Part shown: positions 34,559 to 43,000 of the stretch, piece after piece | Layout: each line of letters opens with the position of its first letter | How positions within the stretch are numbered: position 1 is the stretch's first letter | DNA from: Candidatus Marsarchaeota archaeon | Lineage (GTDB): Archaea; Micrarchaeota; Micrarchaeia; Micrarchaeales; CABMGC01 | Reading direction: 5' to 3' | NCBI GenBank assembly: GCA_023379055.1 | Contig: JAMCSX010000017.1 | Coordinates: 101,868-145,058 of the forward strand | DNA length: 43,191 bases | Position numbers and translations under genes: made by a program | Notes under the pieces: generated by a model | The model's database searches: none | Seen by the model: only the letters and a program-made list of their open reading frames with translations | What the model was told of the DNA's origin: nothing

Positions 34559-36433
34559 TTACATCCTGTCGAGTGCATCTATACCAAGTATTCCCAACGA
34601 GGTCCTCATTGCGCTTCTAAATGCGAATACAAGAGCAAGTCGTGCCTTCTTCTCTTCGGGCGAGCTGCCCTTAAGTATTGGCATGGTCTCGTAGAACCTG
34701 CTAAATGCGAATGCAAGATCCTTGGCATACTCCGTTACCAGGTTTGGCCTGTATTCCACACACGCCTTCTCAATAACATCCTTTAGCCTGGCGATTGCCT
34801 TGACAAGATTGAACTCGGTGTCCGATGACAGCAGTGCTATATTGGAATTTAGCATGTCCTTTACGTTTATTCCTGAATCTTCGATGAGCCTCGTTGACCT
34901 GGCGTTCATGTACTGGCAGTAGGGGCCGGAGTCGCCTTCAAATGTAAGTACCCGTTTCCATGAAAATGTTATCCACTTCTCTGTTGCAATCTTAAGGAAG
35001 GCGAACTTAATTGCAGAAAGTGCAACGCTCCTTGCAACTGACTCCTGTTCCTCCTCTCCAAGCTTCAGCCTGTCGCGTATCAGTCCCCTCGCCCGTTCAA
35101 ACGACTCTTGAAGAAGCCCGTCTGCAGTATTCTCCATGGATATGCCCTTCCTTGCAGCAAGCGTACCCTTTTCAAGCTCGACCCTCCCGTATGACAGATG
35201 CCTTATCCCATTCGCTATATCATCTCTTCCCATTTGCCTGAACGCAAGCCTAAGCAGGGCCTGGGGATAGTTCTGGCTTACATCTATTATGTTTATTGCC
35301 TCTGAGACGTGGCCAAAGTCCATATGCATCCCACTCTTTCCTGATGCATATGCCGGCTTTCCGTTAATTTGCTTGTCTATAAACGCCGAGTACTTGAATG
35401 CATCCTCAAGCATTCCGAACTTCCACATATGGAAGGCTATGTCCTTTGCAACATATGTAGGTGTGCCGTCCTTTCTTATTATCACCTTTACCTTCTCCTT
35501 CAAGCCTGCAAATTCGCTTGGCAGATCCTTTACAGATTTTAGGTCTATTATAGTACATCCTTTGTATTCTCCGTCGTTTGGCCTCAAGACGAACCCTTTG
35601 TCCGTAAGCATGTCCATAGCCTTCTCAACAAGCCTTTCACGAACTATATCACTTTCCCATATAAGCACATCATGATAGCACCCATAGCTGGCTGCAGTCT
35701 CATATTGTGCCCTGACGCACTTTTCCGCAAGCTCCCTTGCAATTACTGTCTCTACAGTGTCGCCTTGCTCAATTTTCTTGGCTAATTCGGATATCTTATC
35801 ACGGAATCCAGGCTCTTCTACCATGCCATTGGTTGTAGCATATATATCCCCGAGCCAATGGTCAAACTTCTTGTCTGGCTTGTTATTCTGACCCAGGTAT
35901 CCCCATATCGCAATAACCATCTGAAGCCCAAGATCCTCTATGTAATCCCCCCGTTCCACATTATACCCACAAATGTCGTGGAGCGCAGCCACACTATTCC
36001 CTATAAGCATGTTGCGCAGATGTCCAACGTGTATCGGATGCATGGGATTTGCACTTGGATACTCTATTAGGATTTTCTTGTTTCCACCAATATCCGACAC
36101 TTTAGCCATGTCAGCATTTATTATATTCCTGATCACAAATTCTGAGAACGCAGACCTGTCAAGATGAAAATTGAGGTAGCCATTCTCTGTTGAGACTGAC
36201 TTCACGTAAGCGACATTTCCCATTGCTTTCGCAATCTTATCCGCAACCTCATCCGGTTTCTCCCCTTTTGACTTTGATATCTTGAATGCCACTGAGCAGG
36301 ACATGTCACCTGATGCTTTCGATATGGCCATCATGTCTATAGATCCAGCAGCATCATAGCCAAGCGACTTGGCGGCAGACTCCACATATGAAGCAATCTT
36401 CCTACTTACTGACAGATACGGTGATTCCATCAT
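34559..36433 (-). CDS. argS: Arginine--tRNA ligase
   Basis: 624 aa with the class I HIGH motif as PMHPIHVGHLRN. It has an anticodon-binding (DALR) C-terminus ending ...LGILGIDALDRM, which is typical of ArgRS. Confidence 0.9.
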   Translation of the reverse strand: MMESPYLSVSRKIASYVESAAKSLGYDAAGSIDMMAISKASGDMSCSVAFKISKSKGEKPDEVADKIAKAMGNVAYVKSVSTENGYLNFHLDRSAFSEFVIRNIINADMAKVSDIGGNKKILIEYPSANPMHPIHVGHLRNMLIGNSVAALHDICGYNVERGDYIEDLGLQMVIAIWGYLGQNNKPDKKFDHWLGDIYATTNGMVEEPGFRDKISELAKKIEQGDTVETVIARELAEKCVRAQYETAASYGCYHDVLIWESDIVRERLVEKAMDMLTDKGFVLRPNDGEYKGCTIIDLKSVKDLPSEFAGLKEKVKVIIRKDGTPTYVAKDIAFHMWKFGMLEDAFKYSAFIDKQINGKPAYASGKSGMHMDFGHVSEAINIIDVSQNYPQALLRLAFRQMGRDDIANGIRHLSYGRVELEKGTLAARKGISMENTADGLLQESFERARGLIRDRLKLGEEEQESVARSVALSAIKFAFLKIATEKWITFSWKRVLTFEGDSGPYCQYMNARSTRLIEDSGINVKDMLNSNIALLSSDTEFNLVKAIARLKDVIEKACVEYRPNLVTEYAKDLAFAFSRFYETMPILKGSSPEEKKARLALVFAFRSAMRTSLGILGIDALDRM

Positions 36434-36563
36434 CCAGATCCACTTACAAACGCTTTTATAGTTTATATTCCTAATAATACCGTCTAATGACTATAAATGC
36501 GTATCGCAGATACATGGCGGTGTTTATATAGTAAAAATATACAAATCAAGCAAGGGAAAGCTC

Positions 36564-37388
36564 GTGCTTTACCTTCCTTTCGACGTGATAAGTGCACTGA
36601 AGCTAAGGGAGAATGATGAGGTAGACTTCTTCAGGATGCAGGACAGCGCATTCCTGTTCGCCAAGAAATCCGATGTTGCAGGACTTCTTATGGGCTCTAC
36701 GCAAAAGGAGCAGAAACAGACTGCACAGGGGTATGGCCTCGGGCATTCCGGCACTGACCCATTAAAACAGGAACCGTCTTCAGAGGAGATATCAGTACTG
36801 AAGAAGATAGATACGGTAAGATATGCAAATAGGACGCAGGAGAACACGCTCAGGATACTTGATGAAAGCGAGAAAAAGGTCCTTCAGGCTCTTATGTCTG
36901 AAGGATTCCTTGCAAAATTCAAGGGAAAGGACGGCAGGGAGCACTTCAGCATACCAAAGGCCATATACGACAAATTCCTGATGAGGAAGAAGCCAGTTGC
37001 AAAAGGCGAGCCCTACAATTTCGTTGTGCCTGCGTCGTCAAGGCAACCTGAGGATGAAGGCGCAGCATTGCTGGAAAAGAATGGATTCGTGGTGGTTCAG
37101 ACTGAGGCTGAGGCCGGAAAGGTATCGCTTGCCCTCGAACAGAGCATAAGGCGTGGGCAGGTACTTGGCACCAGGGCATTCAATAAGAAGTTCTATATCG
37201 TCCTAAGACAGTACCTTGACAGGTACAGTCCGCAGATACTCAAGAGGCTAAGAGACAGAGATTATAAGGTAGCGGATCTTGCAAAAGAGCTGCAGACCGA
37301 AGAAGAAGGAATACGAGCAATACTATACCTGCTCTCCGAGAACGGTGACGTGAGCGAAAAGAGGAGAGACATATTCACAATTGCATAA
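36564..37388 (+). CDS. Hypothetical protein with AbrB/SpoVT-like N-terminus and winged-helix-like C-terminus
   Basis: LYLPFDVISALKLRENDEVDFF resembles the SpoVT/AbrB swapped-hairpin motif. The C-terminal EEGIRAILYLLSENGDVSEKRRDIFTI looks like a wHTH. It has a GTG start. Confidence 0.4.
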   Translation: MLYLPFDVISALKLRENDEVDFFRMQDSAFLFAKKSDVAGLLMGSTQKEQKQTAQGYGLGHSGTDPLKQEPSSEEISVLKKIDTVRYANRTQENTLRILDESEKKVLQALMSEGFLAKFKGKDGREHFSIPKAIYDKFLMRKKPVAKGEPYNFVVPASSRQPEDEGAALLEKNGFVVVQTEAEAGKVSLALEQSIRRGQVLGTRAFNKKFYIVLRQYLDRYSPQILKRLRDRDYKVADLAKELQTEEEGIRAILYLLSENGDVSEKRRDIFTIA

Positions 37389-37394
37389 TGGCCA

Positions 37395-37547
37395 TCACAT
37401 AAGTGCCACATGGTCAAATATGAGTACCGCAATCACAAATACTGCTATTACAACAAGCACTACCCGCGCATTCAATACTGGACCGTGTTCAGGAGCATCA
37501 TAGAAACTTAGGACTCCTGCCTGCTGTTGCGGCGTTGATATTGGCAT
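37395..37547 (-). CDS. secG: Preprotein translocase subunit Sec61 beta (archaeal SecG), 50 aa
   Basis: My translation is MPISTPQQQAGVLSFYDAPEHGPVLNARVVLVVIAVFVIAVLIFDHVALM. It has the conserved GL-x-FYD-x-...-P motif followed by a single C-terminal TM helix. It falls below the ORF-track cutoff. Confidence 0.7.
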   Translation of the reverse strand: MPISTPQQQAGVLSFYDAPEHGPVLNARVVLVVIAVFVIAVLIFDHVALM

Positions 37548-37648
37548 GTTACCAGAAATTTATAACTTCGGAATATTAAAAAGTGTTCTGTTTTTAAACA
37601 TGTATCTTGCAGGCGCATCTTTTTAAACTTGAAGCCAGATTATCTAGC

Positions 37649-38146
37649 ATGCCACGTGATGAGGACGAAGAGACTGCAATAAAGCCCCAGTCAAATGGAC
37701 GCGTAAGCATAATTGGGCCAATGATACTCTGGACAATCCTGCTTCTTGTTGCAATATCTATAAACATAACAATTGCCAACTTCAATGCAATGCCTGCCAC
37801 TTCGACAATATACGCCGTTGCGAGTGCTTATTCAAAATTTGTGCTTAGCATGCCAGGCATTACAATACTCCCATTGATAATAGGCGCAATAATTGGCGCT
37901 GAGATAGGGTCAAGGTCACGGAGCCTTAAGCGCACAGCGAAAATCGGATTCCTGAATGGGATATATCTGTCTGTTATATATGCCATAACAATAATAGTCC
38001 TGTATATAGTTCTAGACTATGGCACTTCGCAGGCCCTTGCATTATCTGCGATACTGCTAAACAGCATAATACTCCCGATCATAGTGCTTCTGATATCAAT
38101 AGAGATATTTGCGATTCTCTCCTTTTCAAGGAAGGTAGATCTGTAG
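37649..38146 (+). CDS. Hypothetical integral membrane protein (4-5 TM)
   Basis: It is hydrophobic throughout. The ATG at 37649 (MPRDEDEE...) has a CTTTTTAAAC box about 25 nt upstream. The ORF opens at TTG 37607. Confidence 0.5.
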   Translation: MPRDEDEETAIKPQSNGRVSIIGPMILWTILLLVAISINITIANFNAMPATSTIYAVASAYSKFVLSMPGITILPLIIGAIIGAEIGSRSRSLKRTAKIGFLNGIYLSVIYAITIIVLYIVLDYGTSQALALSAILLNSIILPIIVLLISIEIFAILSFSRKVDL

Positions 38147-39319
38147 TCAGTGCGTAACTATTTTTATCACGTCGCCGTCCTTCAGCACGTATTCCTTTTG
38201 AAGCCTCATTTTTGTCTTTGCATCTATTGCGTACTTCATGCCTTTTGCTATGTCTGTATGTATTTTTGCAGCAAGATCGTACGCTGTACTTCCTTTTCTC
38301 ATCAGTATGGCATCCGGAAGTATGTTTCCTGAATGATCCGCATAATGTGATTCATCCTCAACAGGGTATACCACCAGGTTATCCAGAGTTCCAAATACTG
38401 CTTTATCTAAGAGCGCCTGTATTCCTGTTCCTCCGTGATCCTTTATGTAGCCCTGCATGTAACTTAATGCGCTCTTCTGCTCAGAATTCGCCTCCTTTAC
38501 TATATTGAAGCTATTCATACCGCTTACATAGTCTATTATTCCCTTGTTTGCTGCCTTCACAAGTGCAAGCTCTATTGCACCGGAGCAAGGTATCACTTCG
38601 ACTCCGTCAAGTTTCTTTCTAAGTCCTTCGAGATCCTCCTCCCTTCCCCTATCCATTTTGTTTGCAGCAATTATCAGCGGTTTGTTCTCCTTCAAAAGTG
38701 ATTTTGCAAATGCGCGAGCCTTATCCGGCTTCCAACTTATTCCAGAAAGCGGAAGGGAGTTAGCCGAAGCAGCTCTCCTTATCTGATTGATGTCAGACTT
38801 TAATCCGGACAGGATCTCAAGAAGTGCAACATCGCCATCACTTCTATTAGATAGGCTGGATATGTGGCTGGTTATTATTCCTCCAAGCCATGCAGCCATC
38901 TCATTCCTTATCATCTCGATTTCAACTGCGGGATCACTGCCCTCGCAGCCGGCTCCATTCATGTCCGTCTTTCCGCTTATGTCCACAACCTGTATGATTA
39001 CCTCTGCATTTATCAGATCGTTGAGGAACTGGTTGCCCATCCCCTTACCAAGGTGCGCTCCGGGAACTAGTCCTGCAACATCTATTATGTTTATGGGAAT
39101 CTGCCTGAATCCGTTCTTGCATACCGAGTTTCTAGGTTTGCACTTTATCCCAAGATCTATCTCTGCGCATCTTCTGCTTGCATATGCAACCCCAAGATTC
39201 GGCTTTATCGTTGTAAAAGCATAGTCCGAGATCTGCACTTCGTTAGCAGTCATAGCTGAGAATATGGTGCTTTTTCCCTTGTTAGGCGCGCCTACTAGTC
39301 CTATGAGCAACAAAATCAC
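38147..39319 (-). CDS. OBG-HflX-like GTPase of the YchF/Ygr210 type with C-terminal TGS domain
   Basis: G1 is GLVGAPNKGKST, G3 is DVAGLV and G4 is ANKMD. The C-terminal beta-grasp reads LKDGDVIKIVTH. Confidence 0.8.
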   Translation of the reverse strand: MILLLIGLVGAPNKGKSTIFSAMTANEVQISDYAFTTIKPNLGVAYASRRCAEIDLGIKCKPRNSVCKNGFRQIPINIIDVAGLVPGAHLGKGMGNQFLNDLINAEVIIQVVDISGKTDMNGAGCEGSDPAVEIEMIRNEMAAWLGGIITSHISSLSNRSDGDVALLEILSGLKSDINQIRRAASANSLPLSGISWKPDKARAFAKSLLKENKPLIIAANKMDRGREEDLEGLRKKLDGVEVIPCSGAIELALVKAANKGIIDYVSGMNSFNIVKEANSEQKSALSYMQGYIKDHGGTGIQALLDKAVFGTLDNLVVYPVEDESHYADHSGNILPDAILMRKGSTAYDLAAKIHTDIAKGMKYAIDAKTKMRLQKEYVLKDGDVIKIVTH

Positions 39320-39378
39320 GCATATGTAGATTGGAAAGCAGAGTTATAAAGATTATTTGTAAGTAATAGCCTTATAAT

Positions 39379-39465
39379 GCAGGGATGGCGGAGCATGGTC
39401 AAACGCGACGGGTTCAGGGCCCGCTTCCTTTAGTGGATGCGAGAGTTCAAATCTCTCTCCCTGCA
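39379..39465 (+). tRNA. tRNA-Leu (anticodon CAG), class II with long variable arm; integration target
   Basis: Acceptor GCAGGGA/TCCCTGC, anticodon loop TTCAGGG (CAG, G37) and a variable stem-loop TCC-TTTAGT-GGA. The T arm is GAGAG-TTCAAAT-CTCTC and the discriminator is A. There is one A-C mismatch at the top of the anticodon stem. A TTATAAAG box lies about 32 nt upstream. Confidence 0.85.
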
Positions 39466-39468
39466 AAT
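39427..39468 (+). repeat. attL: 42-bp direct repeat (3' part of tRNA-Leu plus 3 nt)
   Basis: CCTTTAGTGGATGCGAGAGTTCAAATCTCTCTCCCTGCAAAT is identical to 43137..43178. Confidence 0.9.
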
Positions 39469-40276
39469 CCAATTTACGGCGACAAGCTAGGGTTCGGAAA
39501 TCCGAAAGGTAAATCTTCAAAGACCGAAGATTTCGAGGATTTCTCCGAAACCCTCAAGCAGGTGTCCATGAACAGATCATGGCACCAATTACAAAAGCTA
39601 CAATCAGTTTTACATAAAACTCAGACCAAGAGGTTTGCAGGTAAGAGGAAGACGCCGAAATATGGCTCAATCTCAAAGGCGTTTTCCGATTCGCAGCTTC
39701 AGAGATTCCTTCACGTAATAGACTCTGACAAGTTTCGCTTGCTATTCAGCTACCAAGCGCAGCTTGGGCTTAGAATAGGAGAAGCGGTCAGAGTCAATAT
39801 CAACTCAATAGACCTAGAAACGAGGGAACTTACCTTGAAGACCGAGAAGGCTCGGGTAATGGACTCGTTATTGATACCAATGCCGCTGTTCAAGGATACC
39901 ATAATCTTCATCTCGAAGCACAAGTCCAAGATCGAGAATGCGCAGGGGTATCTGTTCTATGCAGACAAGCTACGAACCAAGCGGCCTGAGCCGTTCCTAG
40001 AGCAAAACTACGTGCGCAACAGGTTCAGGCACTATGTGCGACTGGCGGGGTTGGACGAGGTATACGATACCTCAGACGAAACCAACCCTAACAGGAGCGT
40101 AAGGCAGGCACCTTCATAGGCTCACTACCCACAGCCTACGGCACTATGCCATAACCAGCTTCGCCAGGCAGACAAATGGCAATTTGGTGCTAACAAGCCG
40201 GTTCGCTAGGCATAGCGACCCTAGCACCACGATGATCTACATAAGCACTAGGAAAGAGGAGCTTTACAAGGGATAG
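39427..40276 (+). pseudogene. int: Tyrosine recombinase (integrase), Int(C) portion reading out of attL; also frameshifted near 40103-40116
   Basis: Frame 1 (to the TAG at 40117-40119) carries the first catalytic Arg region QLGLRIGEAVRV. The +2 frame from 40103 to 40276 reads RHLHRLTTHSLRHYAITSFARQTNGNLVLTSRFARHSDPSTTMIYISTRKEELYKG (HxLRH box, second His, catalytic Tyr). Confidence 0.8.
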
Positions 40277-40341
40277 ACAACGCCTTTGGCCTATCTCAAG
40301 CCCTAAGCCTGAAAGCTCGACTTTCCGGCACCTAAGCAAGC

Positions 40342-40491
40342 TTTCTCTACATGACTTGGGTTTCTCTACATGCCCAAGCCATTCCATGTAGAGAAAACCT
40401 CCCTCGTAAGCCCTCAAAATAGGGCTATTTTCTCTCTACATGACTGCACATCAATATTAGAGCCGTCCATGTAGAGTTTCATGTAGAGAAA
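40342..40491. repeat. Iteron-like cluster: six copies of (TTT)CTCTACATG in both orientations
   Basis: Forward copies lie at 40342-40353, 40361-40372 and 40428-40442 (the last is a variant, TTTTCTCTCTACATG). Reverse copies (CATGTAGAG(AAA)) lie at 40385-40396, 40468-40476 and 40480-40491. Confidence 0.8.
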
Positions 40492-40499
40492 CTCCCGCC

Positions 40500-40755
40500 T
40501 TGCAGCCTCCGCCCGCCTTTAAGACACCTTCGGTGTCGCACGGTGGGCTACGGCTGCTGCGGCTACTTTGTAGTACATGGCGGCGTTAAGGCTGATTTTG
40601 ACCCCCACGCAAAATCAGCCGCTTGCTAGGTGGCTAGCTTGCAGACCGTTGGGTCGTTAGCCCACGTGAGGAGCGTAGCTCTGAACGTGCTGGCGTAGCT
40701 AAAGGGTATGGGGTTTCCTTGAAGAAAAAGTCAGATGCTTAATACAGGAAGTCCA
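40500..40755. other. GC-rich non-coding block with stable hairpins (candidate ncRNA or origin-associated structure)
   Basis: No ORF is listed between 40418 and 40755. One sampled line (40501-40560) is about 67% GC. Hairpin 1 is GACACC-TTCG-GGTGTC (40523-40537). Hairpin 2 is GGCTGATTTTG-ACCCCCACG-CAAAATCAGCC (40590-40620). Confidence 0.5.
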
Positions 40756-41568
40756 TCACTTTACCGACTTCTTAGTAAGCGCTATGTAGTTTATTTTGCC
40801 CCATTCAAAATAGTAGTCTTTGCCCGATTCTCCATCTGAAATGCGAAGAGACTTACCTATAGAAGAGAGATAACCCTCTTTATCATCGACTTCGACAAGA
40901 ATCTTATTTTGTTTTTTAGATGCGAAGAGATCAAATATCTTATCCTGTATAGCCAGTTTGTCCGGAAGTATTCCCCTATAAATAATAACCTGTAGGAAAA
41001 TTAGATAAAAAGCTGAGACTACAGTACCAAGTATATCTTTAACTGCTTGAGGCGTCAGGTTGGCAAGCCCATTCGACAATAGTGCTATACCTGCACCTTG
41101 CATGTCTCCGAAATAAAGGAACATTAGAAAGCAGATGTAGAATATTGCTAATAGTAAGTTGTAGCTTTCCCTGAACCTGTACACAATAGTTTTTTCACTT
41201 TTTAGACTTTCGACCTTCATGTCCATTAATTTTGCTTCGATTAAAAGTACAAATAGCGAGCCGAATGTAGCCAAGAGTAAATAGTTATAGTCGCTGCTCT
41301 GAAAGAACTGTAACAGAATTAAAGCCAAAACTATGTAAATTCCTGCATTTACTAAGAACGGAATGTTCTCACTAGTGTAAATCTTATTGAATCTTTCGAA
41401 CTTTGATAGAAGAGTATCAAATTGTTTTGATGACTTTCTGATGGTATCAAGAGTTGCTTTACGCTGCCTTCCTTTTAAGAAGTAAACAAAATAAAAACTT
41501 AGAAGCGTAGCAACTAGCGGTATTCCAAAAATGCCTACCAATTCTAATACGGTTATCAAATCAACCAT
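40756..41568 (-). CDS. Element cargo: 5-TM membrane protein with about 70-aa soluble C-terminal domain
   Basis: Five hydrophobic helices, then KILVEVDDKEGYLSSIGKSLRISDGESGKDYYFEWGKINYIAL. It is AT-rich. The start is taken at ATG 41568 (MVDLITV...). The ORF opens at 41634. Confidence 0.6.
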   Translation of the reverse strand: MVDLITVLELVGIFGIPLVATLLSFYFVYFLKGRQRKATLDTIRKSSKQFDTLLSKFERFNKIYTSENIPFLVNAGIYIVLALILLQFFQSSDYNYLLLATFGSLFVLLIEAKLMDMKVESLKSEKTIVYRFRESYNLLLAIFYICFLMFLYFGDMQGAGIALLSNGLANLTPQAVKDILGTVVSAFYLIFLQVIIYRGILPDKLAIQDKIFDLFASKKQNKILVEVDDKEGYLSSIGKSLRISDGESGKDYYFEWGKINYIALTKKSVK

Positions 41569-41682
41569 GTGTATAATATCCACGTAAAAGTATATAACAT
41601 TTTTGAGGAGATGGAACACAGAGTTTAACAACAATCAAACTGAGCGCCAAAAGTTAAATATTAGTTTATTGTAGAATAAATC

Positions 41683-42969
41683 ATGTCAAATAATATCTTT
41701 GATTTTGCACCGCATGAATTAAATCACTCTGCTTTCTGGGCTTGGATATTAGCTAGTTTAAGCAAAGACAATCACAAGAATAAACAAAATGAAATAGGAA
41801 GAAGGATTGCAAGTAAGTTCTTAAAGAAAGTTGGGATTGACAAATCTGCAATAAAAAATATTAGTGTCGAACACCAAGCCTCCCCACTAACAAGTAAAAA
41901 CAGCGAAGGATCAACGTATGACATAAAAGCTGTGATTGAAGTAAAAAATGGTAAAAGTGTGTTTCTTGTTATAGAAACAAAAGTAAAAGCAAAAGCGGGG
42001 AGTGGGCAGCTAGAAAAGTACATCGGATATATCCAAAGAGAGTGTAAGGAAAAGCGACGTAAGGGTTATTTAATCTTACTAGATATTCAAGGCAAATCTC
42101 CACTTAAAGATAAAGAAAAAGAGGTACTCTATAAAGAAGCGAACAAGAAAGGAGTTGAATTCAAGATTTTTACTCCTGCTGACGTAATAGAAATCATAAA
42201 AGGGAATAAAAAAATTGATACGAAATATGATGGTTACCTTGTAAACAATTATATTGAATGGATTGAAGGTAACAAGGACTTTTGGGAGTATATATGCAAA
42301 GGCATAGTTTATGGAATTAGTGAAAAAGGAAATAAAAACATAAATGTAATTCGACCAAAGCGACACAAAGGGTGGGGATGGAAAGTAGAATCAAAAAAAG
42401 TTGGGATTGGAGAAGTTGGACTTATTTTTAAAGAGAATTCAAAGAAAGTGAAGATTGAATGTTGGTTTGGAGATGATTATACCCAGATAGAAGAGGTTTT
42501 CGAAAATCGGGAAACTATAAGAAGAAATCTTAAAAAATTAGAAGATAAAGGATGGAAAATCAAACCAAATCTATATTTCTGCACCTCTATAAATAAAAGA
42601 CATTATCCAGAGCAAATAGATTCGAATAATTGGGAAATGTATTTTGATATTTTATATGATTCAAAGGATGTTAAAAAAATAAAGTATTCTGCTGATGAAA
42701 TGGAAAAGAAGTTTCTGGAACTGGTAAGACGTGGTGCAATCAAAAATGTAGATGCTGAGGATGACACAAAGAGAAATGGCACTAGAAGTATACTAAAAGG
42801 CGATATTAAAAAAATTAGAAAACACCGAGCTACGCTGAAGCGAGGTATTGGAGCCATCTATGGCTATAAGACCCGTGATTTGTTAAACCCCAAAGAATTA
42901 AAGAAACTAAATTCAACGATAGCTAATAAAATCAATGAAGCTTTGGGCGACTTGCCAGATAAAAGCTAA
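41683..42969 (+). CDS. Element cargo: PD-(D/E)xK (RecB/Cas4-like) nuclease-domain protein with Lys-rich C-terminal extension
   Basis: STYDIKAVIEV...FLVIETKVKAKAGSGQLEKY gives D, E-x-K and QxxxY motifs in the canonical order. The protein is 428 aa and about 30-35% GC on sampled lines. Confidence 0.55.
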   Translation: MSNNIFDFAPHELNHSAFWAWILASLSKDNHKNKQNEIGRRIASKFLKKVGIDKSAIKNISVEHQASPLTSKNSEGSTYDIKAVIEVKNGKSVFLVIETKVKAKAGSGQLEKYIGYIQRECKEKRRKGYLILLDIQGKSPLKDKEKEVLYKEANKKGVEFKIFTPADVIEIIKGNKKIDTKYDGYLVNNYIEWIEGNKDFWEYICKGIVYGISEKGNKNINVIRPKRHKGWGWKVESKKVGIGEVGLIFKENSKKVKIECWFGDDYTQIEEVFENRETIRRNLKKLEDKGWKIKPNLYFCTSINKRHYPEQIDSNNWEMYFDILYDSKDVKKIKYSADEMEKKFLELVRRGAIKNVDAEDDTKRNGTRSILKGDIKKIRKHRATLKRGIGAIYGYKTRDLLNPKELKKLNSTIANKINEALGDLPDKS

Positions 42970-42975
42970 TTTAGG

Positions 42976-43000
42976 GTTCAGATTTAATGGAAATCTGAAC
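42976..43000 (+). terminator. Perfect 10-bp inverted repeat GTTCAGATTT-AATGG-AAATCTGAAC just after the nuclease-gene stop
   Basis: It was seen directly. A third half-site, GGTTCAGATT, lies at 43039-43048. It could act as a hairpin terminator or as an operator upstream of the Int(N) start. Confidence 0.4.

Noticed and set aside
39385-39468. ATG at 39385 as the integrase start (ORF 39385..40119 begins inside tRNA-Leu)
   Set aside because: The frame is open through the tRNA only because the att segment is part of the integrase reading frame in the circular form. A start inside a tRNA gene is implausible.
40190-40417. 75-aa minus-strand ORF in the element
   Set aside because: It overlaps the out-of-frame integrase C-terminus on the opposite strand and runs through the iteron repeats. 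It has no motif and is most likely non-coding.
40342-40491. Considered whether the repeated CTCTACATG units could be a small CRISPR array
   Set aside because: The units are only 9-12 nt long, occur in both orientations and have irregular short spacers (7-35 nt). This does not fit a CRISPR array. Iterons or operators fit better.
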